Assembly: GCA_033764955.1 (NCBI GenBank)
Contig: JANRIL010000005.1
Coordinates: forward strand, 32,001-96,000
Length of the DNA stretch: 64,000 bases
Source of the DNA: Cyanobacteriota bacterium
GTDB lineage: Bacteria; Cyanobacteriota; Cyanobacteriia; Thermostichales; Thermostichaceae
Direction: 5' to 3'
Every line of letters begins with the position of its first letter. The stretch's first letter is position 1. The notes under the pieces are model-generated. The model saw nothing but the letters and a program-made list of their open reading frames with translations. It was not told where the DNA came from and did not search any database. A program made the position numbers and the translations under genes. Positions 11,240 to 22,049 of this stretch are shown here, in pieces.

Positions 11240-12886
11240 ATGCAAACGCCCAATTGTTTCTGTCTCAACCCTGCATGTCTGCAACCGGAGAACTTACCGG
11301 ATGCTGAGATTTGCAGCTCCTGCGGATCCCGGCTCCAGATTCGCAACCGTTACCGAGCCTTCAAAAAAATTGGTCAAGGGGGGTTCGGCGCAACCTTCCT
11401 AGCCCAGGATGGCGATCTGCCCTCCAAGCCATGGCGGGTGATCAAGCAACTGCGACCCGCTGAAAATTCCCCACAAATTGCCCAACTATCCCTAGAGCTA
11501 TTTAACCGCGAAGCACAGGTTTTAGAAAAACTGGGGGAACACTCACAAATCCCTAAGCTGTTTGCCTATTTTGAAGAAAATAGCAAGTTTTATCTGGTGC
11601 AAGAGTATATCCAAGGCATTACCCTCTCCCAAGAACTGCACCGCAATGGCGGCCCGATGAACGAGGAGCAAGTCCGCCAAATCATGCAGGAAATGTTATT
11701 GATATTGAGTTATGTTCACAGTCACAATACGGTTCACCGCGATATTAAGCCTGCTAACTTAATTCGCCGCAAAGCGGATCAGCGCTTGGTGCTCATTGAT
11801 TTCGGAGCGGTTAAAGAGTTGGGTCCACCCGGCAAAGAGCAGGCTGTAGAAGTCACAGCGATTCGTTCCCTGGGCTTTTCTCCCCCCGAACAAATCAATG
11901 GGCAACCGGTAGGTCCCCCCAGCGATCTCTATGCCCTAGCCGCCACTTGCATCAACTTGCTCACAATGGAGTCACCCGCCAAGTTTATTGATCAGAACCA
12001 AAACCGCTGGGATTGGTCTAGCCGTCTGCAACTGAGTCCTGAGTTTGATGCCATTCTCTACAAGATGTTGCAACCCGCCATCAATCTGCGCTACGCCTCG
12101 GCCACAGAGGTATTACGGGCACTGCAGGGCATGGGAGAAGAGGCTATCTCTCAACCGATTATCCTGCCCAAAAGCTATGGGCCAGCACCAACGGCGGCTC
12201 CTCCTTCACCGCTGATTTCCGGTCACTGGGGATCCCGTCGATCCGAAGGCTTTCAGCCTGTCCCTACTGTGCGCCCTCCCATAACGGGCAGTAGTGGCGG
12301 CTTTACCAGCGGCGGGAGTGGCCTCTCGATGAGCGGAGGGCGCACCAGCACCACAGGGTTTAGTCGTACCCAGCCCACCACACCCAGGGTTGTCTCCATG
12401 GCGGGAGCCGATCTGCGGGGGAAATCTTTTACCAACCAAAACCTTTCTGGTCGAGATATGCGGCGGGCGGACATCCGCGGTACGGATTTCTCCGGTGCCA
12501 ACCTACAACGCTCGGATCTGCGGGGCATTATCTTTAACAAGCCCCAGCCCCCTTGGCTACGTACCCTCAGTTGGATTTTTGGGCAAGCCAAGACCCTAAC
12601 GGGCATTGCTGCTGGGTTAGCCGCCCTCATGGGGGCGGGGATTGTGGCCTTTTTAGTGGTGTTTAAGTTGGTAGGGTACTTTTGGGTAGCCATCGCGGCG
12701 GCGGTGATGGGGGCGGTGATGGCCTGGTCAGCCATCTGGTCGCTGACGGGACGAGTCAGCCTCACCCGCTATAACGAGGAACATAGCAAACGCCATACCT
12801 CCCTCCGCAAGACTGATTTGCGGGGTGCTCAAATGGAAGATAAACTCCGACAATTTGCCCGCCATCAGGGAGCTATCCTTGACTAA
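11240..12886 (+). CDS. Ser/Thr protein kinase with pentapeptide repeats and TM segments (SpkB-like)
   Basis: Cys-rich N-terminus, GQGGFG, HRDIKPAN, DFG; A(D/N)Lxx repeats. Confidence 0.88.
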   Translation: MQTPNCFCLNPACLQPENLPDAEICSSCGSRLQIRNRYRAFKKIGQGGFGATFLAQDGDLPSKPWRVIKQLRPAENSPQIAQLSLELFNREAQVLEKLGEHSQIPKLFAYFEENSKFYLVQEYIQGITLSQELHRNGGPMNEEQVRQIMQEMLLILSYVHSHNTVHRDIKPANLIRRKADQRLVLIDFGAVKELGPPGKEQAVEVTAIRSLGFSPPEQINGQPVGPPSDLYALAATCINLLTMESPAKFIDQNQNRWDWSSRLQLSPEFDAILYKMLQPAINLRYASATEVLRALQGMGEEAISQPIILPKSYGPAPTAAPPSPLISGHWGSRRSEGFQPVPTVRPPITGSSGGFTSGGSGLSMSGGRTSTTGFSRTQPTTPRVVSMAGADLRGKSFTNQNLSGRDMRRADIRGTDFSGANLQRSDLRGIIFNKPQPPWLRTLSWIFGQAKTLTGIAAGLAALMGAGIVAFLVVFKLVGYFWVAIAAAVMGAVMAWSAIWSLTGRVSLTRYNEEHSKRHTSLRKTDLRGAQMEDKLRQFARHQGAILD

Positions 12887-13353
12887 GCTAAGCTCATATC
12901 CTCCGGGGGAAGCGGGATCCCTTGCAGGTAGCGGTTAACCTGGGCTTGCAGATCCGCCTGCATCACGCTTTTTCCCACCTGCCGCTCTCCCGCTTGGTCA
13001 TAAAACAACAACCCCTCCGCCTGCTGAAGCCCCAATCCCAAAAAGAGAATGGACAAAACCTCCAGGGGCACAACCTGTAAAGGGAGATTTTGCAGGGATA
13101 ACTCCTGCTGAGTAGTCTGGGCATCCGACTCATGACCATAGGCCAACAGCCAGCGCTGCCCTTCTTGGCTCCGCAGGGTTAGCCAACTTTCATCGGGATA
13201 TCGCAGCAAAAAATATTCCTGATAGTTCAGGGATCCCGCCACCTCCTGCAATACCATCACTACCTGTTCCATGACCGCCATCGGTAACTCCTGCTCATGA
13301 GCCGACTGCAAGAGGGTCTGAGCTTGCTCCGTCAAATCGCGCACCATTGACAA
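12883..13353 (-). CDS. Hypothetical cyanobacterial protein
   Basis: 156-aa ORF with host-like composition. Confidence 0.6.
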   Translation of the reverse strand: MSMVRDLTEQAQTLLQSAHEQELPMAVMEQVVMVLQEVAGSLNYQEYFLLRYPDESWLTLRSQEGQRWLLAYGHESDAQTTQQELSLQNLPLQVVPLEVLSILFLGLGLQQAEGLLFYDQAGERQVGKSVMQADLQAQVNRYLQGIPLPPEDMSLA

Positions 13354-13388
13354 ACTTCCTTGCTTAAAGCCATAATGATTTTCCTGCT

Positions 13389-13462
13389 GGGGTTGTAGTT
13401 CAATTGGTTAGAGCACCGCCCTGTCACGGCGGAAGTTGCGGGTTCGAGCCCCGTCAACCCCG
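13389..13462 (+). tRNA. trnD: tRNA-Asp(GTC)
   Basis: GGGGTTG/CAACCCC acceptor stem, CT-GTC-AC anticodon loop, GGTTCGAG T arm. Confidence 0.97.
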
Positions 13463-13539
13463 TAGATTCCACCAGCATCTTTCTTTTTAGCGAAAATCAG
13501 CTACCGTTAACGATATGCCTGATTCCAGGAGGGATCCTA

Positions 13540-14301
13540 GTGGCTATTATTGTGCTGAGAGCCTGGTATTTGGATTCTGTCTTATCCGTTGCTCAGGTAC
13601 AACATACCAACCCTGACTTGCGGCTAAGCCGAACGGGCTTGCTCAAGACGGCCATGCGAGCTGATTTTTTGGACGATGTAGAGCAGGTTAAACAGTCTCT
13701 CTGGTTTCAGCGATATCTGGAAGGGGAGTTGGTGGAGTTTTATATTGAAGGGAGTGGAGCCTATAGCATCTCTAACCTTGACCTGATCAGCCGAGAGATG
13801 TATTTCAACAAGCGTAACACCCTCACCACGATTGAACCGATGATTGTCTATTGTGGTCAGGCGGTTGATGACGAGTCGAGCCAAGCGATCAGCAGAGTAC
13901 TGACCACTTTGGTGGAAACCGTGAATCGCAAGCAATCCCCTTTGTTACCGTTGCAGCTAGAGGTGGTCATCGAAGATGGTGGCTTAACCCTTGATGCGGC
14001 TTTGGTTCGCAAACTCAAACATGCGCTGTTGGTGGTAGCAGATGTGACCCCCATCGCTGCACTACCGGATCAACGGCTCCTGCCCAGTCCCCACGTTTGT
14101 GTGGCGGTTGGCTACGCCCTGCAAAGCAAACGACCAGATCAGATCCTCCTGGTGCAACTGGAGCGGCAGGGCTATCAGGGGCGATTTCCCTTTGAGGTAG
14201 AAGGCAGTAGCTATCTCAGTCTCAAGGATGCCAAACAGTTGCAGGAACAGCTCACTACTACGGTGCTGCGCCAACTGCAACGAGCTAAGCTCATCTCCTA
14301 G
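13540..14301 (+). CDS. Conserved hypothetical cyanobacterial protein
   Basis: 253-aa ORF with AGGAGG RBS before GTG. Confidence 0.7.
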   Translation: MAIIVLRAWYLDSVLSVAQVQHTNPDLRLSRTGLLKTAMRADFLDDVEQVKQSLWFQRYLEGELVEFYIEGSGAYSISNLDLISREMYFNKRNTLTTIEPMIVYCGQAVDDESSQAISRVLTTLVETVNRKQSPLLPLQLEVVIEDGGLTLDAALVRKLKHALLVVADVTPIAALPDQRLLPSPHVCVAVGYALQSKRPDQILLVQLERQGYQGRFPFEVEGSSYLSLKDAKQLQEQLTTTVLRQLQRAKLIS

Positions 14302-14510
14302 CTAGGGGTTTGTCTGCCTGTTGGGTAGGGGATCCCTTGGGATTCTCGAACTGGGGGGATCTGTAAAGATGGGGATCTTTGATAAAAATAAAGTCTGGAT
14401 AAGATCTGGAAAAATTGAGGCTCGATTGGGTTCTCGCTTCCAACTTCTCTTCGCTCAACCTAACTTTCATCGTTCATGAACAACGACCATTGCATCACAA
14501 GGGGGATGGC

Positions 14511-15710
14511 ATGAGTGTGGCAGAATCATCATCGGTAGCACTGGAAAACAACACAGCGGCGGATCGGTTTCAAGATCTTCTCAACGGCTCGATCCTCGCT
14601 TTATTGGCCGGCATCCCTATCTCCTTTCTGGGGTTCTTTCTGCATTGGGATCCCACCCTGATCTTTTTGTCCTCAGCCCTCTCCTTGATTCCCCTGGCCA
14701 AATTTATGGGGCAGTTGACCGAAGAGATTGCCGCCGTGACCGGACCCACCATCGGGGGTTTGATGAATGCCACCTTTGGCAACACCACCGAATTGATCAT
14801 TGGCTTGATTGCCCTGAAAGCGGGCTTGGTGGATGTGGTGAAAGCCTCCCTAACGGGTTCGATTATCAGCAACCTGCTGCTGGTGGCAGGGTTTTCTATG
14901 TTTTTGGGGGGCATCAAGTTTAAGGAGCAAAGCTTTCAACCGGTGGTGGCGCGGGTGAATGCCTCCGTGATGAATCTGGCGGTGGTGGCGTTGCTCTTGC
15001 CCAGTGTGGTGAAACTGAGTGCCCAAGATTTGGGAGAACTTTCCATCCAAGAATTGTCCAGTGTGGTAGCGATTGTTTTGATTGCGGTCTATGGCCTGAC
15101 CCTCCTCTTCTCCCTCAAGACCCACAGCTATCTTTACGATATTCATGAGGCGGAAGTGGAAGCAGTAGAGGCAGCCGAATTGGCAGCACCGAATCCCGTC
15201 CTCCAGGCGGAGGGATCCATTCCCCAGGTATTAAAGGCTCCCGAACGGGTGGGGCTGTGGGTGTGGGTGTTGGGGTTGTTGGGGTTGACGGTGTTGGTGG
15301 CAATCGAGTCTGAACTGCTGGTGGATACTCTGGATGCTGCCCTTGAACAATTTGCTGTTACTCCCTTGTTTTTGGGGGTGATTTTTTTGCCGATCATTGG
15401 CAATGCCGCCGAACATGCCACCGCCGTCACCGTAGCCATGAAAAACAAAATGGACTTGTCCTTCTCGGTGTCCCTGGGATCCACCATGCAGATTGCCCTA
15501 TTTGTGGCTCCGGTGCTGGTGTTGGTGGGAGATCTGATTGGACAGCCGATGGATTTTAATTTCAGTATTGTCGAGTTGGTGGCGATTGCGGTTTCGGTCT
15601 TGTTGGTCAACTCGGTAAGCAGTGATGGACGCTCGAATTGGCTGGAGGGACTGTTATTGCTGGCTACCTATGTCATTTTAGGGACAGCATTCTTCTTTTT
15701 GCCTGCCTAG
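14511..15710 (+). CDS. cax: Ca2+/H+ exchanger
   Basis: GLMNATFGNTTE and GNAAEH alpha-repeat motifs. Confidence 0.92.
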   Translation: MSVAESSSVALENNTAADRFQDLLNGSILALLAGIPISFLGFFLHWDPTLIFLSSALSLIPLAKFMGQLTEEIAAVTGPTIGGLMNATFGNTTELIIGLIALKAGLVDVVKASLTGSIISNLLLVAGFSMFLGGIKFKEQSFQPVVARVNASVMNLAVVALLLPSVVKLSAQDLGELSIQELSSVVAIVLIAVYGLTLLFSLKTHSYLYDIHEAEVEAVEAAELAAPNPVLQAEGSIPQVLKAPERVGLWVWVLGLLGLTVLVAIESELLVDTLDAALEQFAVTPLFLGVIFLPIIGNAAEHATAVTVAMKNKMDLSFSVSLGSTMQIALFVAPVLVLVGDLIGQPMDFNFSIVELVAIAVSVLLVNSVSSDGRSNWLEGLLLLATYVILGTAFFFLPA

Positions 15711-15763
15711 CCGACCCGCCTAGAATGGCAGGTGATTATGTTTTGCCACTGGAGTAAGCCGCT

Positions 15764-16318
15764 ATGGAGAGACTAGGGATGTGGGCAAGAGGGTGGATCT
15801 GGCCCCTGTTGCTGCTGCTCAGCTTGACCATCACTCCTGTGGCGGCTTTTGCCCAGTGGGGGACAACCTTGCTACCGGAGGTGGGATCCTTAGCGCCTGT
15901 TTTTGCCCTACCGGATCAAGAGGGACATCTCCGGCATCTGGAGGATTTTCGTGGGGAGTGGGTGGTGCTGTATTTTTATCCGAAAGACTTTACCTCCGGC
16001 TGCACCATCGAGGCGCGTCGCTTTCAGCAGGATCTCAAGCAATATCGGGCTTTGCACGCTCAAGTGGTGGGCATTAGCGCCGACTCGGTGGATTCCCACC
16101 GTGAATTTTGTTCCGCCGAAAGACTTCAGTTTCCCCTCTTATCCGACTCGGAAGGCTATGTCAGTCAGGTTTATGGCTCCTGGATGGGGGATGTCGCCCT
16201 CCGCAATACCTTCTTGATTGATCCCGAAGGGATCCTGCAAGCGATCTTTCCGATTGTCTATCCGGCTCAGCACAGCAGCGAGGTGTTAGCCGCCCTGAAA
16301 CAACAACAATCGGCCTAA
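15764..16318 (+). CDS. bcp: Peroxiredoxin Q/BCP family
   Basis: YFYPKDFTSGCTIEA motif. Confidence 0.9.
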   Translation: MERLGMWARGWIWPLLLLLSLTITPVAAFAQWGTTLLPEVGSLAPVFALPDQEGHLRHLEDFRGEWVVLYFYPKDFTSGCTIEARRFQQDLKQYRALHAQVVGISADSVDSHREFCSAERLQFPLLSDSEGYVSQVYGSWMGDVALRNTFLIDPEGILQAIFPIVYPAQHSSEVLAALKQQQSA

Positions 16319-16935
16319 ATTCTGCTTCCCCCCTGCCAACGTTGAATAAGATCCGTATCAATCCCCAATTGATCCAGGGCTTTTACCACCACAAAATCAA
16401 CTAAATCCAAAATCGTCTGAGGCTGATGATACCAAGCCGGAATAGCAGGCACAATTTTGACTCCGGCTTCCGCCAGCGCTGTCAAATTCCGCAGGTGAAT
16501 CAGACTGAAGGGGGTTTCCCGTGGTACGACAACCAGCGGTCGCCCCTCTTTGATCTGGACATCGGCGGCTCGTTCCAGCAGATCCGAACTGAGTCCGGTG
16601 GCGAGTTTGGCAACCGTGCTCATGCTACAGGGAATGACCATCATCCCCAGGGTGCGAAAGGAACCACTGGCAATAGTAGCGGCGACATCCCCCCAGCGAT
16701 GACAGGTGAGGGATCCCGCGCCTGGGGGAACCGCCGCTTGCTCTCGCCAAAAAGCGGCTTGGGCTTGCGGATCGATGGGAACGTGGGTTTGATGTTCTGC
16801 CTGCCACACCTGAAAAGAAGCCCTGGAGGCCACCAGCTCGACGGCGTATCCTTGAGAAAGTAGGGCGGAGAGGGTACGCACCGCGTAGAGCATACCGGAG
16901 GCTCCGGCAACCCCGACAATAATGGGCTGAGGCAA
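16315..16935 (-). CDS. ubiX: Flavin prenyltransferase UbiX
   Basis: GASG, ASGS, PCSM, RAADV..KE, PRETP motifs. Confidence 0.93.
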   Translation of the reverse strand: MPQPIIVGVAGASGMLYAVRTLSALLSQGYAVELVASRASFQVWQAEHQTHVPIDPQAQAAFWREQAAVPPGAGSLTCHRWGDVAATIASGSFRTLGMMVIPCSMSTVAKLATGLSSDLLERAADVQIKEGRPLVVVPRETPFSLIHLRNLTALAEAGVKIVPAIPAWYHQPQTILDLVDFVVVKALDQLGIDTDLIQRWQGGSRI

Positions 16936-16967
16936 GGAAAACGCTCCGGCAGATGGGCTTCTTTAGC

Positions 16968-18185
16968 CTAGCTTGCGTTGGCAGGGTGAGTCGATCTCTC
17001 CCTACCTTGCCCCAAGTAGGTTTCCACGCAGCGCAAAAAGATTTCCACCCCCAGCCCCAGCGCGGTTTCATCAAAGTCAAAGCGGGGATGGTGGTGGGGA
17101 AAATCCAAGCCTTTGGCGGCATTGGCGGATCCCAAAAAGAAGTAGCAGCCTGGGACTTTTTCCAAAAAGAAAGATATGTCTTCTCCACCCATGGTCATTT
17201 CTGGATGGATCACAGAAGGGGATCCCAGTACCTGCTCAGCCACCGTTTTCACCAAAGCGGCGATGGTTGGATCGTTGACTACGGCTGGATAGTGCCGTTG
17301 ATAATCCAATTCAAAAGTAGCGGCATGAGCTTGACAAAGGCCAGCTACTACCTCCTCAATCCGGCGAGGCATTAACTCCGCCACCTCGGCATCAAACGTG
17401 CGAACAGTTCCCTTCAACTCAGCGGTGGGGGCAATCACATTAAACACATCTCCCGCCTTAAAACTGCCCACCGATAGGACAGCAGGCAAGAGGGGATTGA
17501 CATTGCGGGAAACAATCGTTTGTAGCGCCATCACCACTTGGGATCCCAGGACAATCGTGTCGATGGTCTGGTGGGGCATCGCACCATGTCCCCCGCGACC
17601 GTAGAGGGTGAGAGTAAAGTGATCGGCAAAGGCCATGGAAGGACCACTTTTTACCCCTACGCTTCCTAGGGGCAAGTTATTCCAAAGATGCAGCCCAATC
17701 ATCGCCTCCACATCGGGATCCCGTAACACCCCTGCCGCAATCATCGGCTTTGCCCCCCCTGGCTTTTCTTCGGCGGGCTGAAAGATCACCTTGACAGATC
17801 CGCTTAACTGCATTCGTTGTTCCTGCAAAAGCTTGACAGTTCCCAGCGCAATCGCGGTATGTCCGTCATGACCACAGGCGTGCATCACATGCTCATGTTG
17901 GGAGCGATAAGACACCTCGTTCATTTCTTGAATGGGTAAAGCATCCATGTCCGCCCGCAGTGCCAGGGTGCGCCCAGGTGAACCGCCCTCGATCAGAGCC
18001 ACAATGCCAGTTTGAGCAATCCCCGCTCGATAACTAACCCCCCAATGATCCAGCAACTTGCAAATATAGGCTGCCGTCTGCCGCTCCCCAAACCCTAACT
18101 CTGGATATTGATGGATACGCCGCCGCCAAGTCACCAAGTCTGGTTGTAATAATTGCACCGCAGGTCGCAGATCAGCAGCAAACAT
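16968..18185 (-). CDS. M20D amidohydrolase
   Basis: RADMDALP, MHACGHDGH, FQPAEE, HHPRF motifs. Confidence 0.92.
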   Translation of the reverse strand: MFAADLRPAVQLLQPDLVTWRRRIHQYPELGFGERQTAAYICKLLDHWGVSYRAGIAQTGIVALIEGGSPGRTLALRADMDALPIQEMNEVSYRSQHEHVMHACGHDGHTAIALGTVKLLQEQRMQLSGSVKVIFQPAEEKPGGAKPMIAAGVLRDPDVEAMIGLHLWNNLPLGSVGVKSGPSMAFADHFTLTLYGRGGHGAMPHQTIDTIVLGSQVVMALQTIVSRNVNPLLPAVLSVGSFKAGDVFNVIAPTAELKGTVRTFDAEVAELMPRRIEEVVAGLCQAHAATFELDYQRHYPAVVNDPTIAALVKTVAEQVLGSPSVIHPEMTMGGEDISFFLEKVPGCYFFLGSANAAKGLDFPHHHPRFDFDETALGLGVEIFLRCVETYLGQGRERSTHPANAS

Positions 18186-18444
18186 GGCAAGAACATCCTC
18201 AAAACGAAACCAACAACGCAACCCATCAAGGGATCCCCCTTGGTAAGTGGGCTTTTATCCTGGCACGTCCCGTGGCCTCGTTGCATCTCTGTCCATCCCT
18301 CAAACCACTAGCCTGGGGGGATAGGGGAAGATACCCAACGGAATGTTATCTAGTTAAGAAGTTTTCCTTAAGAAACGGCATTGACACTGTAACGAAACAT
18401 GACAATAATTGGACTATATAAACAAAGCTTTTAGGAATGTATCG

Positions 18445-18549
18445 ATGGAAATCCTTCAATTAGGGTCGATGACCTGGGTTTATGTGGCTATCTTTGGGGC
18501 ACTGATTTGGAGCATCTGGGGACGCTCTGAGGATGACATCATGTTCTAA
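18445..18549 (+). CDS. 34-aa single-TM protein, PetN-like (below ORF-track cutoff)
   Basis: MEILQLGSMTWVYVAIFGALIWSIWGRSEDDIMF with AGGAA RBS; MEIL.LG...WGR resembles PetN. Confidence 0.6.
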   Translation: MEILQLGSMTWVYVAIFGALIWSIWGRSEDDIMF

Positions 18550-18713
18550 GCCGATCTGAGCGTGACTGGCTCTCAATTCTGAATATTCTCAGCTACAGCC
18601 AACCTTGCGATGGATTTGGCATTAGCCTGAAAATCCCTCAAGCCCTTTGGCTTATTTCAGGTCAGGCAGTGGGAATACAAATATTTCGGGAAATAAAGGG
18701 ATCCCTCTTACCT

Positions 18714-20462
18714 CTACTGGAATTGCCGCAGGTGAAACTGGGCGTAGCGTCCCTTGCTGGCGATGAGCTGGTCATGATTGCCGATTTCGACGATCCGCCC
18801 TTCCTCAATGACAAAGATGCGGTGAGCATTGCGAACTGTGGAGAGGCGGTGGGCGATCACAAACACCGTGCATTTCTGCATCAAACGCTGGAGAGCCTCT
18901 TGAACAAGCGCTTCCGACTCATTGTCGAGGGCAGAGGTGGCCTCATCCAGGATTAAAATCTTGGGGTTAAGCAGGACAGCTCTGGCAATGGCTAAACGTT
19001 GTCGTTGCCCACCGGAGAGATTGGTGCCCCGCTCCCCCACCACCGTGGCATATTGATCGGGAAAGGCGGAAATAAAGTCATGGGCGTTAGCAATTTGAGC
19101 AGCTCGTATGACTTCCTCTAGATCAAAAGTTTCTTGTCCATAGGCAATATTGCTGGCGATGGTGCCAGAAAATAAAGTGATTTCCTGGGGAACAATGCCA
19201 ATTTGGCGGCGCAAACTCTTCAAGTTGACCGTTTTGACATCCCGATCATCAATCAAAATCCGTCCCTGTTGTGGGTCATAAAAACGAGGAATTAAGCTGA
19301 CCAGAGTGGATTTTCCAGCCCCAGAGGATCCCACTAGAGCCACAATTTCCCCAGGCTGAACCTGAAAATCAATCTGCTTGAGTACGGAATAGTCTGGCTT
19401 ATAGGCAAAGGTTACCTGTTGAAAGGTTACATAGCCTTTGACAGGAGGCAGATCAGGTGCATCGGGAGCATCTTGTACCTGTGATTTAGCATCTAACAAT
19501 TCAAAGATCCGATCAACCGACGCCTCTCCTTGCTTCAATTCACTGTAGTTATGAGTAATGTGAACAATCGGATCAATCAACAGAGCAATACCAGCAACAA
19601 ATCCTAAAAACTGGTTGCCCGTCAAGTTTCCTTGACTGATTTGCCAGCCCCCCAACCAAAATACTAACAACACACTCATGGCATACAAAAAGCCAATCAC
19701 TGGATCTTGCACCGATTTGAGTTGTTCGGTTTGAAAACGAGCCGCTCGATTATATTCAGCAATCGAACTAAATCGCCTGATTTCATAGTCTTCCGCCGCA
19801 AAGGCACGAATCAGGCTAATACCACTAAATACTTCCGTAAGCAAAGCCGCTAAATCGGAGACACGCTCTTGACTGAGGCGGGATTGACTCAGTAACTTTT
19901 CCCCAAACCAACTGATCAAAACTCCCATCAACGGAGCAACAACTAGGGTGGCTACGGTGAGCGTGACATTCAGATAGAGCATGTAGGCCAAAACCGAGAC
20001 AATCGTTAGTACGCTCGGAATAAAGCGATGGAAGAAATTTTGGACGACTTCCCCCAGTCGATCTAAATCTTCCGTCAGGCGATAGACGAGATCCCCCGTG
20101 CGGGTGGCCGAAAAATAATCCAAATCCAGCAATTGCAGGTGGGCGTAAACCGCCTGCCGAAGTTCCAAGACCATTTGTAGGGTTGCCTTCGCCATGAGGG
20201 CGTCTTGCCCGTATTGAAAAGCGCCCCGAATAATAAAAAAGATGATGCCGACCAGGGCAAGCTGACCGATTTGCCGGAGATTACCTTGCCCAACCGAGCG
20301 AGCCACTTGCTCGATCAAGTAAGCCAATGTCGGCATGGTTAGAACAAACCCAACCGTACATCCCAATCCAGCAAGGAAGGTGTTGAGATGTCCCTGAATA
20401 TAAGGAATCAGACGGCGATAGTTGCGACCAAAAGGCACGTTGGAGGGGTCGAAATGCCTCAT
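18714..20462 (-). CDS. ABC exporter, fused permease/ATPase (MsbA-like)
   Basis: TM domain plus GSSGAGKS, LSGGQRQR, DEATSALD. Confidence 0.9.
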   Translation of the reverse strand: MRHFDPSNVPFGRNYRRLIPYIQGHLNTFLAGLGCTVGFVLTMPTLAYLIEQVARSVGQGNLRQIGQLALVGIIFFIIRGAFQYGQDALMAKATLQMVLELRQAVYAHLQLLDLDYFSATRTGDLVYRLTEDLDRLGEVVQNFFHRFIPSVLTIVSVLAYMLYLNVTLTVATLVVAPLMGVLISWFGEKLLSQSRLSQERVSDLAALLTEVFSGISLIRAFAAEDYEIRRFSSIAEYNRAARFQTEQLKSVQDPVIGFLYAMSVLLVFWLGGWQISQGNLTGNQFLGFVAGIALLIDPIVHITHNYSELKQGEASVDRIFELLDAKSQVQDAPDAPDLPPVKGYVTFQQVTFAYKPDYSVLKQIDFQVQPGEIVALVGSSGAGKSTLVSLIPRFYDPQQGRILIDDRDVKTVNLKSLRRQIGIVPQEITLFSGTIASNIAYGQETFDLEEVIRAAQIANAHDFISAFPDQYATVVGERGTNLSGGQRQRLAIARAVLLNPKILILDEATSALDNESEALVQEALQRLMQKCTVFVIAHRLSTVRNAHRIFVIEEGRIVEIGNHDQLIASKGRYAQFHLRQFQ

Positions 20463-20666
20463 TATCATACACAATCTTGGACACCATCTTGGGTCGGCAG
20501 GGATCCCTGCGCGCCTCGCCTGACTAAGGGTGCTGCCAACCGTTACGAGGAGAGCGTGAATTTTATAGCATTGGCTTCCTTTGGTTTGGAAGGTCAGTAC
20601 TGTCAACCAAATCCCTAGCGTCAACAGCGCTAACTATCCAAACCAAGTCTCCAACCCCAGTAGCCA

Positions 20667-21200
20667 TCAACGGGACAACGGCAAAAAGTCATCAATCCAG
20701 TTTTTTAGCTTTTGGGCAATCGGGCGGGGATCCCCATCCTGAGCATAGGGTTTGCGGGGGCTGGTCAGATCAAACACAGGTAACTCCTCCCCCGACTGGA
20801 AGTGCAGATACACCTGGCAACGGTACAAAAAAGCATCCTCGGCATATTTATCAATGACTTCACGAGCCTCACGCCGTAGCCGTACCTCCCTAATCTGGGA
20901 GAGGGGACGGCGAAAGCGACGGCGTGGGATCCCTAGTCGGTGCTGCCAAAAAATCACCTGATCTCGCTGGCGATCTAAGATCAAGCTCTCCCCCCAATTC
21001 CAAGGGATCCCTAGCGGTAGAGCGATGATCAGGCAAAATCCCCCCAACAGCCAAGAGCGCCCTCCCCACTCCCACCCCACCCAAAGCAACAGCAATGCCC
21101 CTCCTAGCCGTAGCAAGAGTTGGCGGTGGCTGAAGGGCATGGTACGCAGCAAGAGTCGCTGAGGAGCAAGGACATGGCGAGAGAGATAGGCTATGGGCAT
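20667..21200 (-). CDS. Hypothetical membrane protein
   Basis: Two TM segments, host-type GGGATCCC sites. Confidence 0.55.
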   Translation of the reverse strand: MPIAYLSRHVLAPQRLLLRTMPFSHRQLLLRLGGALLLLWVGWEWGGRSWLLGGFCLIIALPLGIPWNWGESLILDRQRDQVIFWQHRLGIPRRRFRRPLSQIREVRLRREAREVIDKYAEDAFLYRCQVYLHFQSGEELPVFDLTSPRKPYAQDGDPRPIAQKLKNWIDDFLPLSR

Positions 21201-21316
21201 GAGCCGAATCCGTCAGAAACTACTCTCATATTCCCTGATTCTTCGGGAGGCTTCTCCTATTTACCTGGGATGGTTGCGTTGGATCTAAACGGGATAGCTA
21301 GCACGTAGATAGGCTC

Positions 21317-21417
21317 GAACTCAGCACCAGATGCTCTCAACCGTCCGCTGCCTTTGAATGGTTAGGCTATGTCGCTTAATCGCTTGACTTTGTTCTGGTG
21401 CATTGGGATTGTTATGG
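21317..21417 (-). mobile_element. Two truncated attC half-sites at the distal end of the array
   Basis: CAACCGTCCGCTGCCTTTGAATGGTTAGGC (ends 21367) nearly matches the arm of attC 25855-25941; CTGGTGCATTGGGATTGTTATGG contains the GNAT stop. Confidence 0.65.
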
Positions 21418-21891
21418 GGAGGAATTTCCCAGTGCTTTCCGGAAAATGATTTTGTCGTCTCCAGCCTTGTAAAATTCTCGAATTCTCGCTTCCTCGTCAT
21501 AGCCACTTTTGCGGTAAAACCCACGAACGTACTCAAATTCCTCCAGTCCGGACGTTTCTACCAATAGCACACGCTCACCGTACTTAGTCAGCATTTGCTC
21601 AACATGGTTCAACAAAGCCGCTCCACGTCCCTGTCTTTGGTAGTTGGGATGAATAGCGATTAAATGGAGAGTCCACGTTCCCTCTGTCATACGTTCTGGT
21701 GCAACGTAGGCAACACCCACTAGCTCATTATCGTAGTCGCTAAACCACATACCTTGGCTGTCTGTTTCATCACTGAAATGCTGGTTTAGCATTTGAGCCA
21801 GTTCTTCAATTTGATTTGACTCGAAAAGTCCAGTCGCCTCTGCCAAAGCAAGTAATGCATTCGTGTCATCGGGCGTAGCCAGTCGAATCAT
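21412..21891 (-). CDS. GNAT N-acetyltransferase (cassette)
   Basis: QRQGRG motif, FYRKSGY; stop lies in an R'' box (CCATAAC). Confidence 0.85.
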   Translation of the reverse strand: MIRLATPDDTNALLALAEATGLFESNQIEELAQMLNQHFSDETDSQGMWFSDYDNELVGVAYVAPERMTEGTWTLHLIAIHPNYQRQGRGAALLNHVEQMLTKYGERVLLVETSGLEEFEYVRGFYRKSGYDEEARIREFYKAGDDKIIFRKALGNSSP

Positions 21892-22049
21892 AATGAGTTC
21901 TAGTCAAGGCTTATACTTTTGCTTTCATTATTCAAGCACCAACATTAAAATCCTCCATTGCCTCAATAAGAAATTCCTGAGATATTTGGAGCTAACAGAT
22001 AACCTTTTAGCTACCGCCCCAACCGTTGATTTAAGCCGGATAAGATATG

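Noticed and set aside
18385..18405. NtcA site upstream of the PetN-like ORF
   Set aside because: GTA-N8 is followed by TGA, not TAC
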